Origin: Nanobdellota archaeon
Lineage (GTDB): Archaea > Nanobdellota > Nanobdellia > Pacearchaeales > GW2011-AR1
Assembly (NCBI GenBank): GCA_038046005.1
Contig: JBBSXB010000009.1
Span: 1 to 64,000, forward strand
Reading direction: 5' to 3'
Length of the DNA: 64,000 bases
Position 1 is the stretch's first letter. Each line of letters begins with the position of its first letter. Below, piece by piece: positions 29,385 through 38,911 of this stretch. Made by a program: the position numbers and the translations under genes. Under the pieces are notes generated by a model. The model made no database searches, was not told the DNA's origin, and was given only the letters and a program-made list of their open reading frames with translations.

Positions 29385-29452
29385 TTAAATTTTAATGAAC
29401 GACCTTAGCCAAATGAGAATCGTTTGAGCCTGGACGTTTTATTTTTAAGATT

Positions 29453-29737
29453 ATGCGTTTTATTTTTAAACTCCTTCTTCCTAGTTTATTAATGGACCCA
29501 AAACTAAAAAAGATAATAATCATAATCCTAATACTAATATGCATTCTAGCAATGGTTCTTATTTTAAAAAGATCTTTATATGAAAAAGGCAGTTTAACAG
29601 ATTCTGAAAAAAACTGCGCAACATATTCAAAACAATGCACATGTTTAGGGTTTTTAGCGGAAGAACTCACTTACCCCTCAGCGTATAGTTGTGATGGAAT
29701 AGAATTATGCAGAAATATCAATAAGGAAGTTTGCTAA
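29453..29737 (+). CDS. Small membrane-anchored Cys-rich protein (start likely MDPK)
   Basis: TM helix followed by CATYSKQCTCLG...CDGIELC. Confidence 0.6.
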   Translation: MRFIFKLLLPSLLMDPKLKKIIIIILILICILAMVLILKRSLYEKGSLTDSEKNCATYSKQCTCLGFLAEELTYPSAYSCDGIELCRNINKEVC

Positions 29738-30168
29738 AATTTTGCAACTATTTTTATAAACCCATAGATGTTAAAAATAATATGAGATCAAATTATGAAA
29801 TGAGCGATCTGGCACTAAAAGCAGCAATAGGGATTGGTCTAGATCTTCGCGGGGAAAATAATCCATATCTTAAAGCAATAAATGACCTATCAAAGGAATT
29901 ATACGAATTTTCTCGAACTAGTGAAAAAAAAGCAAGTTCGACAAGTGAGCTAATGATACTAGCAGGAGTAATATGGCCAAACAAAGAAAATTGGAAGGGC
30001 AAAAAAGTTGAAGATGTTTTATTACAAACCTATCTTCTTGCAAAGAATTTAGAAACAATATCTATAGCAACAGAAAATGAGAAAGAATCTATTAAAAGTA
30101 TCTGTCTAGATTTACAGGGTCAATTCTCACATTATATGGAACAATTTAGAAGAAGTCTAGTTGCTTAA
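29731..30168 (+). CDS. Hypothetical protein
   Basis: Helical ORF; ATG start likely ~29782. Confidence 0.6.
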   Translation: MLKFCNYFYKPIDVKNNMRSNYEMSDLALKAAIGIGLDLRGENNPYLKAINDLSKELYEFSRTSEKKASSTSELMILAGVIWPNKENWKGKKVEDVLLQTYLLAKNLETISIATENEKESIKSICLDLQGQFSHYMEQFRRSLVA

Positions 30169-30570
30169 TCACTTCTTCTTCTTAAACTCCAGTGAGCAAG
30201 AATTAACACAATATCTTTTTCCTGTTGGCTTTGGCCCGTCATTGAAAACATGGCCTAAATGTCCACCACATTTTGCACAAATAACTTCTTTTTGAGGAAT
30301 AATTAAAGAAAAATCATTTTGTAACTTAACAGCACCTTTTTCAGCATCATAAAAGCTAGGCCAGCCTGTTCCTGAATCAAATTTTGTCTTTGAACTAAAA
30401 ACCAAGTTTCCGCATGCAGCACACCTATATCCTCCGTCCTTTTTGTTGTAAAGTAACTTTCCTGTTCCAGGCATCTCAGTTCCTTTTTCAAACAAAACAT
30501 TATATTGTTCGGGAGTAAGCTTATCTTTCATTTTGTTTATTGATGGTTTTTTCATAAAAATACATACCAA
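30169..30570 (-). CDS. msrB: Peptide methionine sulfoxide reductase B
   Basis: [27 protein letters not shown]. Confidence 0.96.
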   Translation of the reverse strand: MVCIFMKKPSINKMKDKLTPEQYNVLFEKGTEMPGTGKLLYNKKDGGYRCAACGNLVFSSKTKFDSGTGWPSFYDAEKGAVKLQNDFSLIIPQKEVICAKCGGHLGHVFNDGPKPTGKRYCVNSCSLEFKKKK

Positions 30571-30604
30571 AAACCTTTTTAATTCTTATTAGGCTTGAGT
30601 TATA

Positions 30605-31867
30605 ATGAAACCTCAACCCAAAAAAATCCTTTTAGCAATGTCAGGAGGAGTTGATTCTAGCGTAGCAGCTTATTTGTTAAAAAAGCAAGGCTATGAAATT
30701 GTTGGTGCATTCATGAAAAACTGGGGCAACACAAAAAATGATTTTGGAGAGTGTGCTTGGAGAGGTGAAAGAAGATACGCATTGAAAATCGCGGCAATGC
30801 TTGAAATCCCATTAATAACTTTGGATTTTGAAAAAGAATACAAAAAATATGTTGTTGAAAAAATGTTCAAATTATACAAACAGGGAATAACTCCCAACCC
30901 TGATATTGACTGCAATGAAAAAATAAAATTTCCTTTGTTAATTAAAGCTGCAAAAAAACTTAACTGCGATTGCATTGCAACAGGTCATTATTCTAGAATA
31001 AAAAAATTGAAAGCTAGGGTGGGCGAGCGATTTCGCGGTGGAATTGGTAAAGATTTGGAAGCGGGGTCGCGAGTTGGTCGGAGAGATGGTAGTGGGACAA
31101 AATACCTCTTCGAACTCCACAGGGCAAAAGATGAATCAAAAGACCAATCATATTTCCTCTATAGATTAAAACAAAAAGAACTTGCCAAAGCTCTTTTCCC
31201 AATAGGAAATTTTTCAAAACAAGAGATAAGAGAAATCGCAAAAAAACAAAACTTTCCAAATTACGATAAAAAAAGCACTGTTGGAATTTGCTTTATTGGA
31301 AAAATTAATTTGAAAAAATTCCTCCAGAAAAAAATAAAGCCAAAAAAAGGAATAATTCTTGATCCAGATGGGAATAAAATAGGAGAGCATGATGGAATTT
31401 ATTATTACACAATTGGCCAAAGAATAGGCCCAAGATTTGGAATTGAGGTTGAAAAACAAGAGATAATACAAAAAAGATGGTATGTTGCAAAAAAAGACAA
31501 TAAAAAAAATATAATAACAGCAGCTCCAGAAGGCCATGATTTAAATTTCAGAAAAGAAATTTTTGTGAAGGATGCACACTGGATTAATAATAATAATAAT
31601 AATAATAACTTTAGCCCTTCTTCAATTAAAACCAAATCAATTTCGAGCGAAGCGAGACTATCTGGGGGCTGGGTGGGTGGGAAAGAAATCAAAGTCCTCT
31701 CTAGAATACGTCAAGTTGGTGAACTTCTCCCAAGCAAAATAAAATTTGAAAATAAAAATATCAAAGTCACATTAAACAAAGCGATAACAGGAGTTTCAGA
31801 AGGCCAGGCAATTGTATTATATCAAGAAACAAAATGCATTGGTGGTGGAGTCATAAGTTTTCACTAA
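30605..31867 (+). CDS. mnmA: tRNA 2-thiouridylase MnmA (bacterial type) with two in-frame insertions
   Basis: AMSGGVDSS, TPNPDIDCN, ATGHY, KDQSYFL, GICFIG, GQAIVLY. Confidence 0.94.
   Translation: MKPQPKKILLAMSGGVDSSVAAYLLKKQGYEIVGAFMKNWGNTKNDFGECAWRGERRYALKIAAMLEIPLITLDFEKEYKKYVVEKMFKLYKQGITPNPDIDCNEKIKFPLLIKAAKKLNCDCIATGHYSRIKKLKARVGERFRGGIGKDLEAGSRVGRRDGSGTKYLFELHRAKDESKDQSYFLYRLKQKELAKALFPIGNFSKQEIREIAKKQNFPNYDKKSTVGICFIGKINLKKFLQKKIKPKKGIILDPDGNKIGEHDGIYYYTIGQRIGPRFGIEVEKQEIIQKRWYVAKKDNKKNIITAAPEGHDLNFRKEIFVKDAHWINNNNNNNNFSPSSIKTKSISSEARLSGGWVGGKEIKVLSRIRQVGELLPSKIKFENKNIKVTLNKAITGVSEGQAIVLYQETKCIGGGVISFH
31586..31609 (+). repeat. (AAT)7AAC microsatellite encoding poly-Asn in mnmA
   Basis: Read directly from the sequence. 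Confidence 0.85.
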
Positions 31868-31899
31868 ATTTATAAAGAGAGAGAGAGAGTTAGTATTCT

Positions 31900-32337
31900 A
31901 TGGAAAAAATGAGCAAAGGTGAAATAGTCTTTGTTGTTATTGTTATATTACTTATTGTAGCTGCAATGTGGGTAGCTCCTCTTTTTGTACAAGATAAGAA
32001 TCTTAATCTAAAAAATCAAATATATGTAACAATTATTGGTTTATTTTTAATTTTCTTTGTTGTAAAATATAAAAATCAAATAACTAAACCTAAAAATAAA
32101 TTTGAACAATATACAGGTAAAGTAAGTGGATGGTATAGATTAATTTATTCTTATATATACTTAATCGGAGGGATAGTCTTTACTATTGCTGGAATATTAA
32201 TGATTTTTAAAGAAAGCAAATATTGGTATCTTGGACTTCTTGCGATATTAGCTGGTTGTGGTATTATATATCTTTCAAGAAAAGTAAGAATCGTTGCAAA
32301 AGAGATTTTAGAAAAAACCAAAAGTGTTGCAAGATAA
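31900..32337 (+). CDS. Membrane protein (4 TM)
   Basis: Hydrophobic segments. Confidence 0.7.
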   Translation: MEKMSKGEIVFVVIVILLIVAAMWVAPLFVQDKNLNLKNQIYVTIIGLFLIFFVVKYKNQITKPKNKFEQYTGKVSGWYRLIYSYIYLIGGIVFTIAGILMIFKESKYWYLGLLAILAGCGIIYLSRKVRIVAKEILEKTKSVAR

Positions 32338-32379
32338 CTTTTCAATAACCTTTTTATAATCCTAATTCTTTAATAAACC

Positions 32380-32937
32380 ATGGATTTAGACCATGTAATT
32401 CATGCAAGAAGAAGCATTAGAGAATTCTCAACAGAAAAACCTGATTGGAGATTAGTTATTGAAGCAATTGATGCGGCAAGATTTGCCCCCACATCAGGCA
32501 ATAATTTCACAACAAAATTTCTTATGGTGTCTGACCCTGAGAAAATATCAGTTTTGGCAGAAGCAACTCAACAACATTTTGTTGGAAAAGCGAAGTGCAT
32601 TGTCGTGGTTTGTTCCTCTCCTGCAAGAACCATAAATGCGTATGGCGAAGCTGGAAAAGCTTATGTAAGACAACAAGCCGGAGCAACCATTCAAAACTTT
32701 CTTTTAAAATTAACAGAGTTAGGGTTGGGAACTTGTTGGATTGGTTATTTTGCAGAGGAAATAATAAAAGAAACTCTAAAAATTCCTAAAGAAATCCAAG
32801 TAGAAGCTTTATTTCCTGTAGGTTTTATTTCAGAAAAAAATAAAGGAATAAAAAGCAGCATAGATTTAGATAATATATTATACTTTGAAGAATATGGAAA
32901 TAAAAGAATGAAAAAAATAAACAAAATTGAGGTATAA
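32380..32937 (+). CDS. Nitroreductase-family protein
   Basis: RRSIREF, ARFAPTSGN, LGLGTCWIG. Confidence 0.9.
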   Translation: MDLDHVIHARRSIREFSTEKPDWRLVIEAIDAARFAPTSGNNFTTKFLMVSDPEKISVLAEATQQHFVGKAKCIVVVCSSPARTINAYGEAGKAYVRQQAGATIQNFLLKLTELGLGTCWIGYFAEEIIKETLKIPKEIQVEALFPVGFISEKNKGIKSSIDLDNILYFEEYGNKRMKKINKIEV

Positions 32938-32939
32938 AA

Positions 32940-33539
32940 ATGGGTGAAGAAAATTTATCGACACAGCCGGTTTCAACATATCTTCCAAAATCCAATACAG
33001 AAGATGTGCCGCAAAAGAAAAATGTATTTCTAGCATTTATTCTTACAGTAATAACTTTATGTGTGTACACCCCATTATGGTACTTAAAAAGAACACGACA
33101 ATTTTATAATCTCGGCACAACAAAAAGATTAGTCAGGATTCTTCCATCCTTGCTTTTATTCTTCCAAATAATATTAATAGTTTGTGTTGTTGCTTTCGTA
33201 ACCACTCTGTCTTCTAGCATGGGCACATTTTTTCAGAACGTCACAACTTTACAGGCCGCTCTTTTATTTTTGATACTGGTCTCAGCAATAATAACCTTCC
33301 TATTGACAATAATAACTGCATTCTATTCCAGAACAATAATGAACCAGGCTCTAGAAAATAAAGGGGTTAAGAAAAAGCTCTCAATTTTCCATACTTTAAT
33401 TTTTGGCCATTTATACCTTCAATACGAAATTAATAGAATAATGAACGACAACGAAGAAAAACCAAGAATTGCTCCGTTAGTTGTTTTGTTATTGATATTA
33501 TTGGCTGTAGGAATTGGAATGTACTTATTGCTCAAGTGA
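32940..33539 (+). CDS. Membrane protein (DUF4234-like)
   Basis: LTVITLCVYTPLWY...YLQYEIN. Confidence 0.7.
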   Translation: MGEENLSTQPVSTYLPKSNTEDVPQKKNVFLAFILTVITLCVYTPLWYLKRTRQFYNLGTTKRLVRILPSLLLFFQIILIVCVVAFVTTLSSSMGTFFQNVTTLQAALLFLILVSAIITFLLTIITAFYSRTIMNQALENKGVKKKLSIFHTLIFGHLYLQYEINRIMNDNEEKPRIAPLVVLLLILLAVGIGMYLLLK

Positions 33540-33884
33540 AACTTCTAAAAATTTCCAATCCATATGTTGTATCTTAATATCTTTTTCCTTAATTCTTAAA
33601 ATTTTACAGACTTCATCATAACTTTTTTCCAAAATCAAACTAACTGGAAGAAAATTTGAATCTAAAGAAGCATGAAAATCCAAAACTCTTTTTTCAACAG
33701 GACTTCTTTGTTGAGGTGTTCCATAAAAAAAATCCTCATGCCATTGAGTAAAACTCCCATTATCTGCTAGAGTATATTGCGACGCGACAGCAAATTCAAC
33801 TCCCCTAATTTTAGATAAAGAATATTGAACTACTTTTGTTGCTTTTCCATCAAAATAATGAATTTCCGGGTTTTGAAATTTCAT
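33525..33884 (-). CDS. Hypothetical protein
   Basis: 119-aa ORF. Confidence 0.55.
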   Translation of the reverse strand: MKFQNPEIHYFDGKATKVVQYSLSKIRGVEFAVASQYTLADNGSFTQWHEDFFYGTPQQRSPVEKRVLDFHASLDSNFLPVSLILEKSYDEVCKILRIKEKDIKIQHMDWKFLEVSLEQ

Positions 33885-33920
33885 TAAAAAATCATCTAAA
33901 ATAAGTTTAAAAAACTATGC

Positions 33921-33957
33921 AAAAGAAAAAAAGAAAAAACCTCGGGAAACCCCGAGG
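33921..33957 (-). terminator. Hairpin + T-tract terminator downstream of ftsZ
   Basis: CCTCGGG-GTTT-CCCGAGG followed by TTTTTTCTTTTTTTCTTTT on the minus strand. Confidence 0.75.
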
Positions 33958-33976
33958 CGTAAAATCAAATTATGAT

Positions 33977-35053
33977 TTAACCGTAAATTTCTATGCCAAG
34001 ATCAGACATCTCTCTACGTGCTGGCTTGCTGTCTTCATAGCCCTTTCCAAGTACATAAGGAGACTTAACACCAGTCATTATGGTGATAACTCTAACCTTT
34101 CCGACAAAGTCTTTGCTGATTCTCGCTCCAATAATAACCTGTGCATCTGGGCTTAAGTTTTCAGAAACAATTCTACCGATAAGATCGAATTCTTCCAGCT
34201 TAAGATCAGGTCCGCAAGTTATGTGTATCAAAGCACCAGTAGCTCCTTGGTAGTCAACATCCAATAAAGGGTGTGTAAGAGCCTGCTTTACAGCTTCATT
34301 AACTCTATCTTGCGTGTCTGCTTCTCCAATTCCAATAACAGCAACTCCGCCGTCTTTCATTATTGCTGAAACGTCTGCATAGTCTAGATTAATCAAGCTA
34401 GGCAATGTTATAGTCTCAACAATACCCTTTATCATTGTACTAACTAGTTCGTTAGCGACAGCAAAGGCTTGTTCAATTGGCAACTGGCCGGCAATGTCTA
34501 CTAGTCTGTTATTATCCAAAACAATACATGTGTTGGACATTTCTCTAAGCTCCTGAAGTCCGAATTCAGCTTTGTCAACTCTTGCTCTTTCAGCTTCAAA
34601 AGGCATAGTTACAACACCAATAACAACAGCACCAGTTTCTTTAGCAAGTTGAGCAATGACAGGAGCAGCACCAGTTCCGGTTCCACCACCCATTCCAGCA
34701 ATTACGAACACCATGTCTGCATTAGCAACAGCTTTTTTCAAGTCAACAAGTGCTTCTTTAGCAGCTTCTCTTCCTCTTTGAGGCATTCCTCCGCATCCAA
34801 GACCTCTTGTTAATTCCTTACCAATAAGAATCTTGTCGTCAGATTTTGAAACGCTCAAATGCAAAGCATCTGTATTTGCAGCAAAAATAGTGGCACCATT
34901 TATTCCTTTGTTGTAAAGCCAGGTTACAGCATTGCAACCCATTCCACCGACACCAATAACCTTGATGTTAGCTTTTCCAGCTTTCAACTCATCGAAATTA
35001 ATACTGTGAGTCTCTGTCTTGTCTATGGCTTCTTTTGCAAAATCTAATACCAT
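33977..35053 (-). CDS. ftsZ: Cell division protein FtsZ
   Basis: GVGGMGCNA, GMGGGTGTG, NLDYADV. Confidence 0.97.
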   Translation of the reverse strand: MVLDFAKEAIDKTETHSINFDELKAGKANIKVIGVGGMGCNAVTWLYNKGINGATIFAANTDALHLSVSKSDDKILIGKELTRGLGCGGMPQRGREAAKEALVDLKKAVANADMVFVIAGMGGGTGTGAAPVIAQLAKETGAVVIGVVTMPFEAERARVDKAEFGLQELREMSNTCIVLDNNRLVDIAGQLPIEQAFAVANELVSTMIKGIVETITLPSLINLDYADVSAIMKDGGVAVIGIGEADTQDRVNEAVKQALTHPLLDVDYQGATGALIHITCGPDLKLEEFDLIGRIVSENLSPDAQVIIGARISKDFVGKVRVITIMTGVKSPYVLGKGYEDSKPARREMSDLGIEIYG

Positions 35054-35359
35054 TTTTTTCCTCCTTTCAATTATTTTTGTTTTAGTTCTTCGTTTTCAAA
35101 ACGATTTGGGCGAAAACTTTTAATTTTCAGCCTGATTAGTTGTTTTTTCGTCTATGACGAAAAGTTTATATAGTTATTACACTGTCAACTAATAGAGAAT
35201 GAGGAATCGCCTCTGCATGCAAAGGTATTAATTGACGGCAATCAATTAATATAATGAAAGGAACAGAGGATTGTTCTATTTAAACTTTTTTATTTTCCAA
35301 AACATGCTTTTGAAAATGGATTTTTGAAATAATTTTAAGAATTATCCAAATTTTTTAGA

Positions 35360-35599
35360 TTAATTCGTTCTAAACCCGTGTTTCTCCAGATAATCTCTAA
35401 GAGAACTGTCGTGTCCATCATTGATTATGACAGTTCCTCCCTGAACAACAACACTTCCAATGATGAGTTTGTGTAAATTTTCACCAGAGTAACATTCAAC
35501 TGTCGTGGTTTCCCCTTCATGCACAAGACTAAACCTATAATAGGGATGTGCGAAACTAAATGCAGTACACACATCCAAGATTTTTGTTAATGTTGTCAT
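35360..35599 (-). CDS. Hypothetical protein
   Basis: 79-aa ORF following the DHH gene. Confidence 0.5.
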   Translation of the reverse strand: MTTLTKILDVCTAFSFAHPYYRFSLVHEGETTTVECYSGENLHKLIIGSVVVQGGTVIINDGHDSSLRDYLEKHGFRTN

Positions 35600-35604
35600 A
35601 AAAA

Positions 35605-36669
35605 TCAGTTCAATATGTTTCTTTTAAACCTTTCTAAATCTTTTTTTAAAAAACTTCCACCAGATGCTTTTTTATGCCCGCCAGCTAAAGCATCTTCAAG
35701 ACCATTTATAGATTTTTGCAGTAAAAGATTTACATCAACATCTCCAGACTGGCTTCTTGCCGAAACCTTGCATTTTCCAGGTTCTCTTTGAGAGTCAGAA
35801 ACAAAGACAATTGTTTTGCCCGGGATTTCAATAGAAAGAGTTGTGCATATTGCAGAGGTGATTCCAAATTTAGGGGCCCCATAAAAGAAAAGCAATTTTT
35901 TATTTTCATAAAATTCAGCGTTTTTTTTAAACTTGTCAATCCATTTTTTAAATTCTTTATCAATTTCTCTTCTTGCTTTTTCCATGGATTTAATGTCTTT
36001 TTCCTTCAAAAGATTATAAACACCTTTTAAATCATCATTATAGTATATTATCGCAGCCCCGATTGTTTGCATTAACTCCCCTGGAACTGAATCCATGATG
36101 TTATCTTCAGTAATTGAATGGTATTTTTTCTGAAGCAATTTTAAATTTTCTTCAGCAAAGTAAGACCTGTCCGCTATCAGTGTGGCTTCTAAGAGCCAAT
36201 CAAGATTAGAGACGTCAAAATAATGTTTGGCTAAACCATAAATTATCAAAGCGGCACAAAAAGGGGTTTCTGCTTTTATTATGTTTTTTATATTTTTAAT
36301 TTTGGAATTTATTGGATGGTGATCAATCACAAACAAATCAAAATCACTAAAGGCATCAATCAAAAAATTTATATCATCTCTTCCGTCAGCATATATATCA
36401 CTCATCAAAATTTTTTTTATGCCTTCCTTTTTACATTTGCTAAAACAATTTTCTAATTCACCATAGTTGATAAGCTCTACAAATTTTGGTTTTATTCTTT
36501 TAAAATCAAGTATTTTTTCAAGAAAAAAAGCGCTCGCAAGCCCATCTAGATCATTGTGACTTATTATTGCAACATCATCCTCTTTTGTTATCGAATCGAC
36601 AAAATTCCAGAAATCTTTTTCCTGCCCCATTAAAAATTTCATCTTATTCCTTTTCCAAAACCAAAACAT
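35605..36669 (-). CDS. DHH/DHHA1 phosphoesterase (RecJ-like)
   Basis: HNDLDG, IDHH, SARS, GGHKKASG. Confidence 0.9.
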   Translation of the reverse strand: MFWFWKRNKMKFLMGQEKDFWNFVDSITKEDDVAIISHNDLDGLASAFFLEKILDFKRIKPKFVELINYGELENCFSKCKKEGIKKILMSDIYADGRDDINFLIDAFSDFDLFVIDHHPINSKIKNIKNIIKAETPFCAALIIYGLAKHYFDVSNLDWLLEATLIADRSYFAEENLKLLQKKYHSITEDNIMDSVPGELMQTIGAAIIYYNDDLKGVYNLLKEKDIKSMEKARREIDKEFKKWIDKFKKNAEFYENKKLLFFYGAPKFGITSAICTTLSIEIPGKTIVFVSDSQREPGKCKVSARSQSGDVDVNLLLQKSINGLEDALAGGHKKASGGSFLKKDLERFKRNILN

Positions 36670-37309
36670 TTATTCCGGCTTCATGGCAAAGCCCTGAAAA
36701 CTCCTTGGCATCATCATCGCTACCAACAATGCTTCCCCAATGCATAGGAATTACAATTGAAGGTTTTATTATTTTAGCGGCCTCTGCAGCCTCTTCAGCA
36801 CCCATTGTAAATCGCCCACCTATGGGGAGCAAAGCAACAAAAGTTTTGCCCTGCTGCTTGAATCCCGTAAGTTTTTTCATTTCTGGAATTAAATCACAAT
36901 CTCCGCTATGATAGACAATAACCTCATTCATTTTTATTATATATCCAACCCAGCCTTCATCTTTAGGATGAAAATGTTTCCCGATATTATACGCAGGAAC
37001 AGTGACAATTTTAACCTCCCCTAAATCAAGTTCTTGTCCTGCCTCTACAAGTTCCATTTTTATAGGAATGTCAAACTTTGTGACACTGCTTTGGCAGTCA
37101 GCAGTCATAATAATTTTTGTCCCTTCTTTTGCAACTTTTTTCAAGTCAGCAAAACTGCAATGGTCATAATGGCTGTGGGTTATGAGAATTATATCTGCTT
37201 TAGGCAGTCCGTCTTTTATGTTGTAAGGGTCAATATAAATTGTCTTGGAATTCTGAATAAGAAAACCAGAATGCCCCAGCCATTTTAGTTCAATATCTTC
37301 AATTTTCAT
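36644..37309 (-). CDS. Metallo-beta-lactamase-fold hydrolase
   Basis: WLGHSGF, THSHYDH, YHSGD, IPMHWG. Confidence 0.92.
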   Translation of the reverse strand: MKIEDIELKWLGHSGFLIQNSKTIYIDPYNIKDGLPKADIILITHSHYDHCSFADLKKVAKEGTKIIMTADCQSSVTKFDIPIKMELVEAGQELDLGEVKIVTVPAYNIGKHFHPKDEGWVGYIIKMNEVIVYHSGDCDLIPEMKKLTGFKQQGKTFVALLPIGGRFTMGAEEAAEAAKIIKPSIVIPMHWGSIVGSDDDAKEFSGLCHEAGINVLVLEKE

Positions 37310-37713
37310 TTTATATCTCCTTGTTCTATCAAAAATTTTATATTAGGGGCTATTTTATATTTTTCTTTCTTGATTTCCGATATATTTATCCACTTAATTT
37401 CTTTTATTGGTGCAATAGCTCTAATTTTATCTTTATTTTTCAGTTTGGCTAAATAATGAATTAAAACAATTGTCATTTTTTCTCCGCTTTGAGGATTTTT
37501 ATAAATAATCAGAGGATTTAAAGGTTTAATTATTTCAATCTCAGCATTAATTTCTTCTCTTACTTCCCTTATACAAGCATCGTAAAGAGAATCTCCTTCT
37601 TCAACAGTTCCTCCTGGAAGTTTATAAAAGTCATCTTTATCACCCCTATTCACTAATAATTTTCCGCCTTCAATTATTACAGGGCCTGAAGTGACAATAA
37701 ATCTCATTTTCAT
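37306..37713 (-). CDS. NUDIX hydrolase
   Basis: Nudix box GGTVEEGDSLYDACIREVREE. Confidence 0.92.
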   Translation of the reverse strand: MKMRFIVTSGPVIIEGGKLLVNRGDKDDFYKLPGGTVEEGDSLYDACIREVREEINAEIEIIKPLNPLIIYKNPQSGEKMTIVLIHYLAKLKNKDKIRAIAPIKEIKWINISEIKKEKYKIAPNIKFLIEQGDIK

Positions 37714-37731
37714 AGAAAATCATTTTAGTTT

Positions 37732-38847
37732 TTAAGAGTTTTGATATTTTCCAAAGGGCATTTTATAGACCAAAGAATTGATATTCGGGCCACCTGCTCC
37801 AATAGCAGTAATAACAACATTATCTCCAGCATCTAAGGAATGATTGTTTAACTCACCTCTGAATAAAAGGTCCAGCACTGTAGGACAAGTTGCCACAGAA
37901 TTGTTTGCTAGCCAAGAAATTATCATAGGCATGATATTTTTAATTTGGTCTGGTGTGGGATTTGTCCCATACAACTTGAATAATCTTTTCACAACAGAAT
38001 GGTCTAATCTCTCATTTGCCTGATGAATAGCTATTTTGGTAATGTCTTCTAGTTCTAGTCCTGCCTTGTCAATACTTTCTTTTATAACTCCAGGCATATA
38101 TTTTACTGCATACTCAAAAACATCATGCCCTGTCCTCATTTTAAAATATAATCTCCCATCTTTGTTTGGGCCATAGCTTTCCCCCATTCCCATGGCATCA
38201 ACACAACTTGAATCGCCACAATCAACAGCATAGGACAAAATACCAACTGGAGTTTCACTTGCTACACGTTCAAGCACAACAGCTCCTGCACCGTCAGAAT
38301 ATATCATGCTGTCTCTATCATGCGAATCAGCCACTCTTGACAGAGTTTCAGCACCAATGACAATGGCCCTTTTTCCATCTCCACTTTGAAAAAATCTATG
38401 AGCAACAATGAGCCCCTGAACCCAGCCAGGACATCCAAACGGAATGTCATAAGATTCAGTTTTTCTATTTTTAATGCCCAATTTCTTTTTCACCCTTGTA
38501 GCAAGATTCGGGACTTGATTAGTCCTCATGTATTTTGGATCTATGTCTCCAAAATTTTGTGCAAAAATAATATAATCAAGAGTCTCAGAATCTATCTTAG
38601 AATTGTCCAAAGCTTTTACAGCAGCTTTCCTGCCTAAATCAGAAGCAAGTTCATTATCTTCAGCATATCTTCTTTCTTCTATTTTAGTAATATCTGAACA
38701 TTTGTCTATAGCTTCTTGGTTTGGAGTGTCACTTTTATTTCCGTTACTATCATAAAACTCGCTGTTTAAAAAATAAGAATTAGGAATCACACTTGATGGA
38801 ATATAAGAGCCAGTTCCAGTTATAATAGTGAATAGATTTCTTGGCAT
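37732..38847 (-). CDS. fabH: 3-oxoacyl-ACP synthase III (FabH-like)
   Basis: TGTGSYIP; catalytic triad Cys (FGCPGW), His (IHQAN), Asn (ANNSVA); DGAGAVVL. Confidence 0.88.
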   Translation of the reverse strand: MPRNLFTIITGTGSYIPSSVIPNSYFLNSEFYDSNGNKSDTPNQEAIDKCSDITKIEERRYAEDNELASDLGRKAAVKALDNSKIDSETLDYIIFAQNFGDIDPKYMRTNQVPNLATRVKKKLGIKNRKTESYDIPFGCPGWVQGLIVAHRFFQSGDGKRAIVIGAETLSRVADSHDRDSMIYSDGAGAVVLERVASETPVGILSYAVDCGDSSCVDAMGMGESYGPNKDGRLYFKMRTGHDVFEYAVKYMPGVIKESIDKAGLELEDITKIAIHQANERLDHSVVKRLFKLYGTNPTPDQIKNIMPMIISWLANNSVATCPTVLDLLFRGELNNHSLDAGDNVVITAIGAGGPNINSLVYKMPFGKYQNS

Positions 38848-38911
38848 TGATTTATTTAATAAGCTAATCTTTTAAATTTTTATATTCTATTTTTCAACCC
38901 GTAAAAAATAA

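Noticed and set aside
31876-31889. (GA)n dinucleotide run
   Set aside because: Short intergenic microsatellite with no evidence of function.
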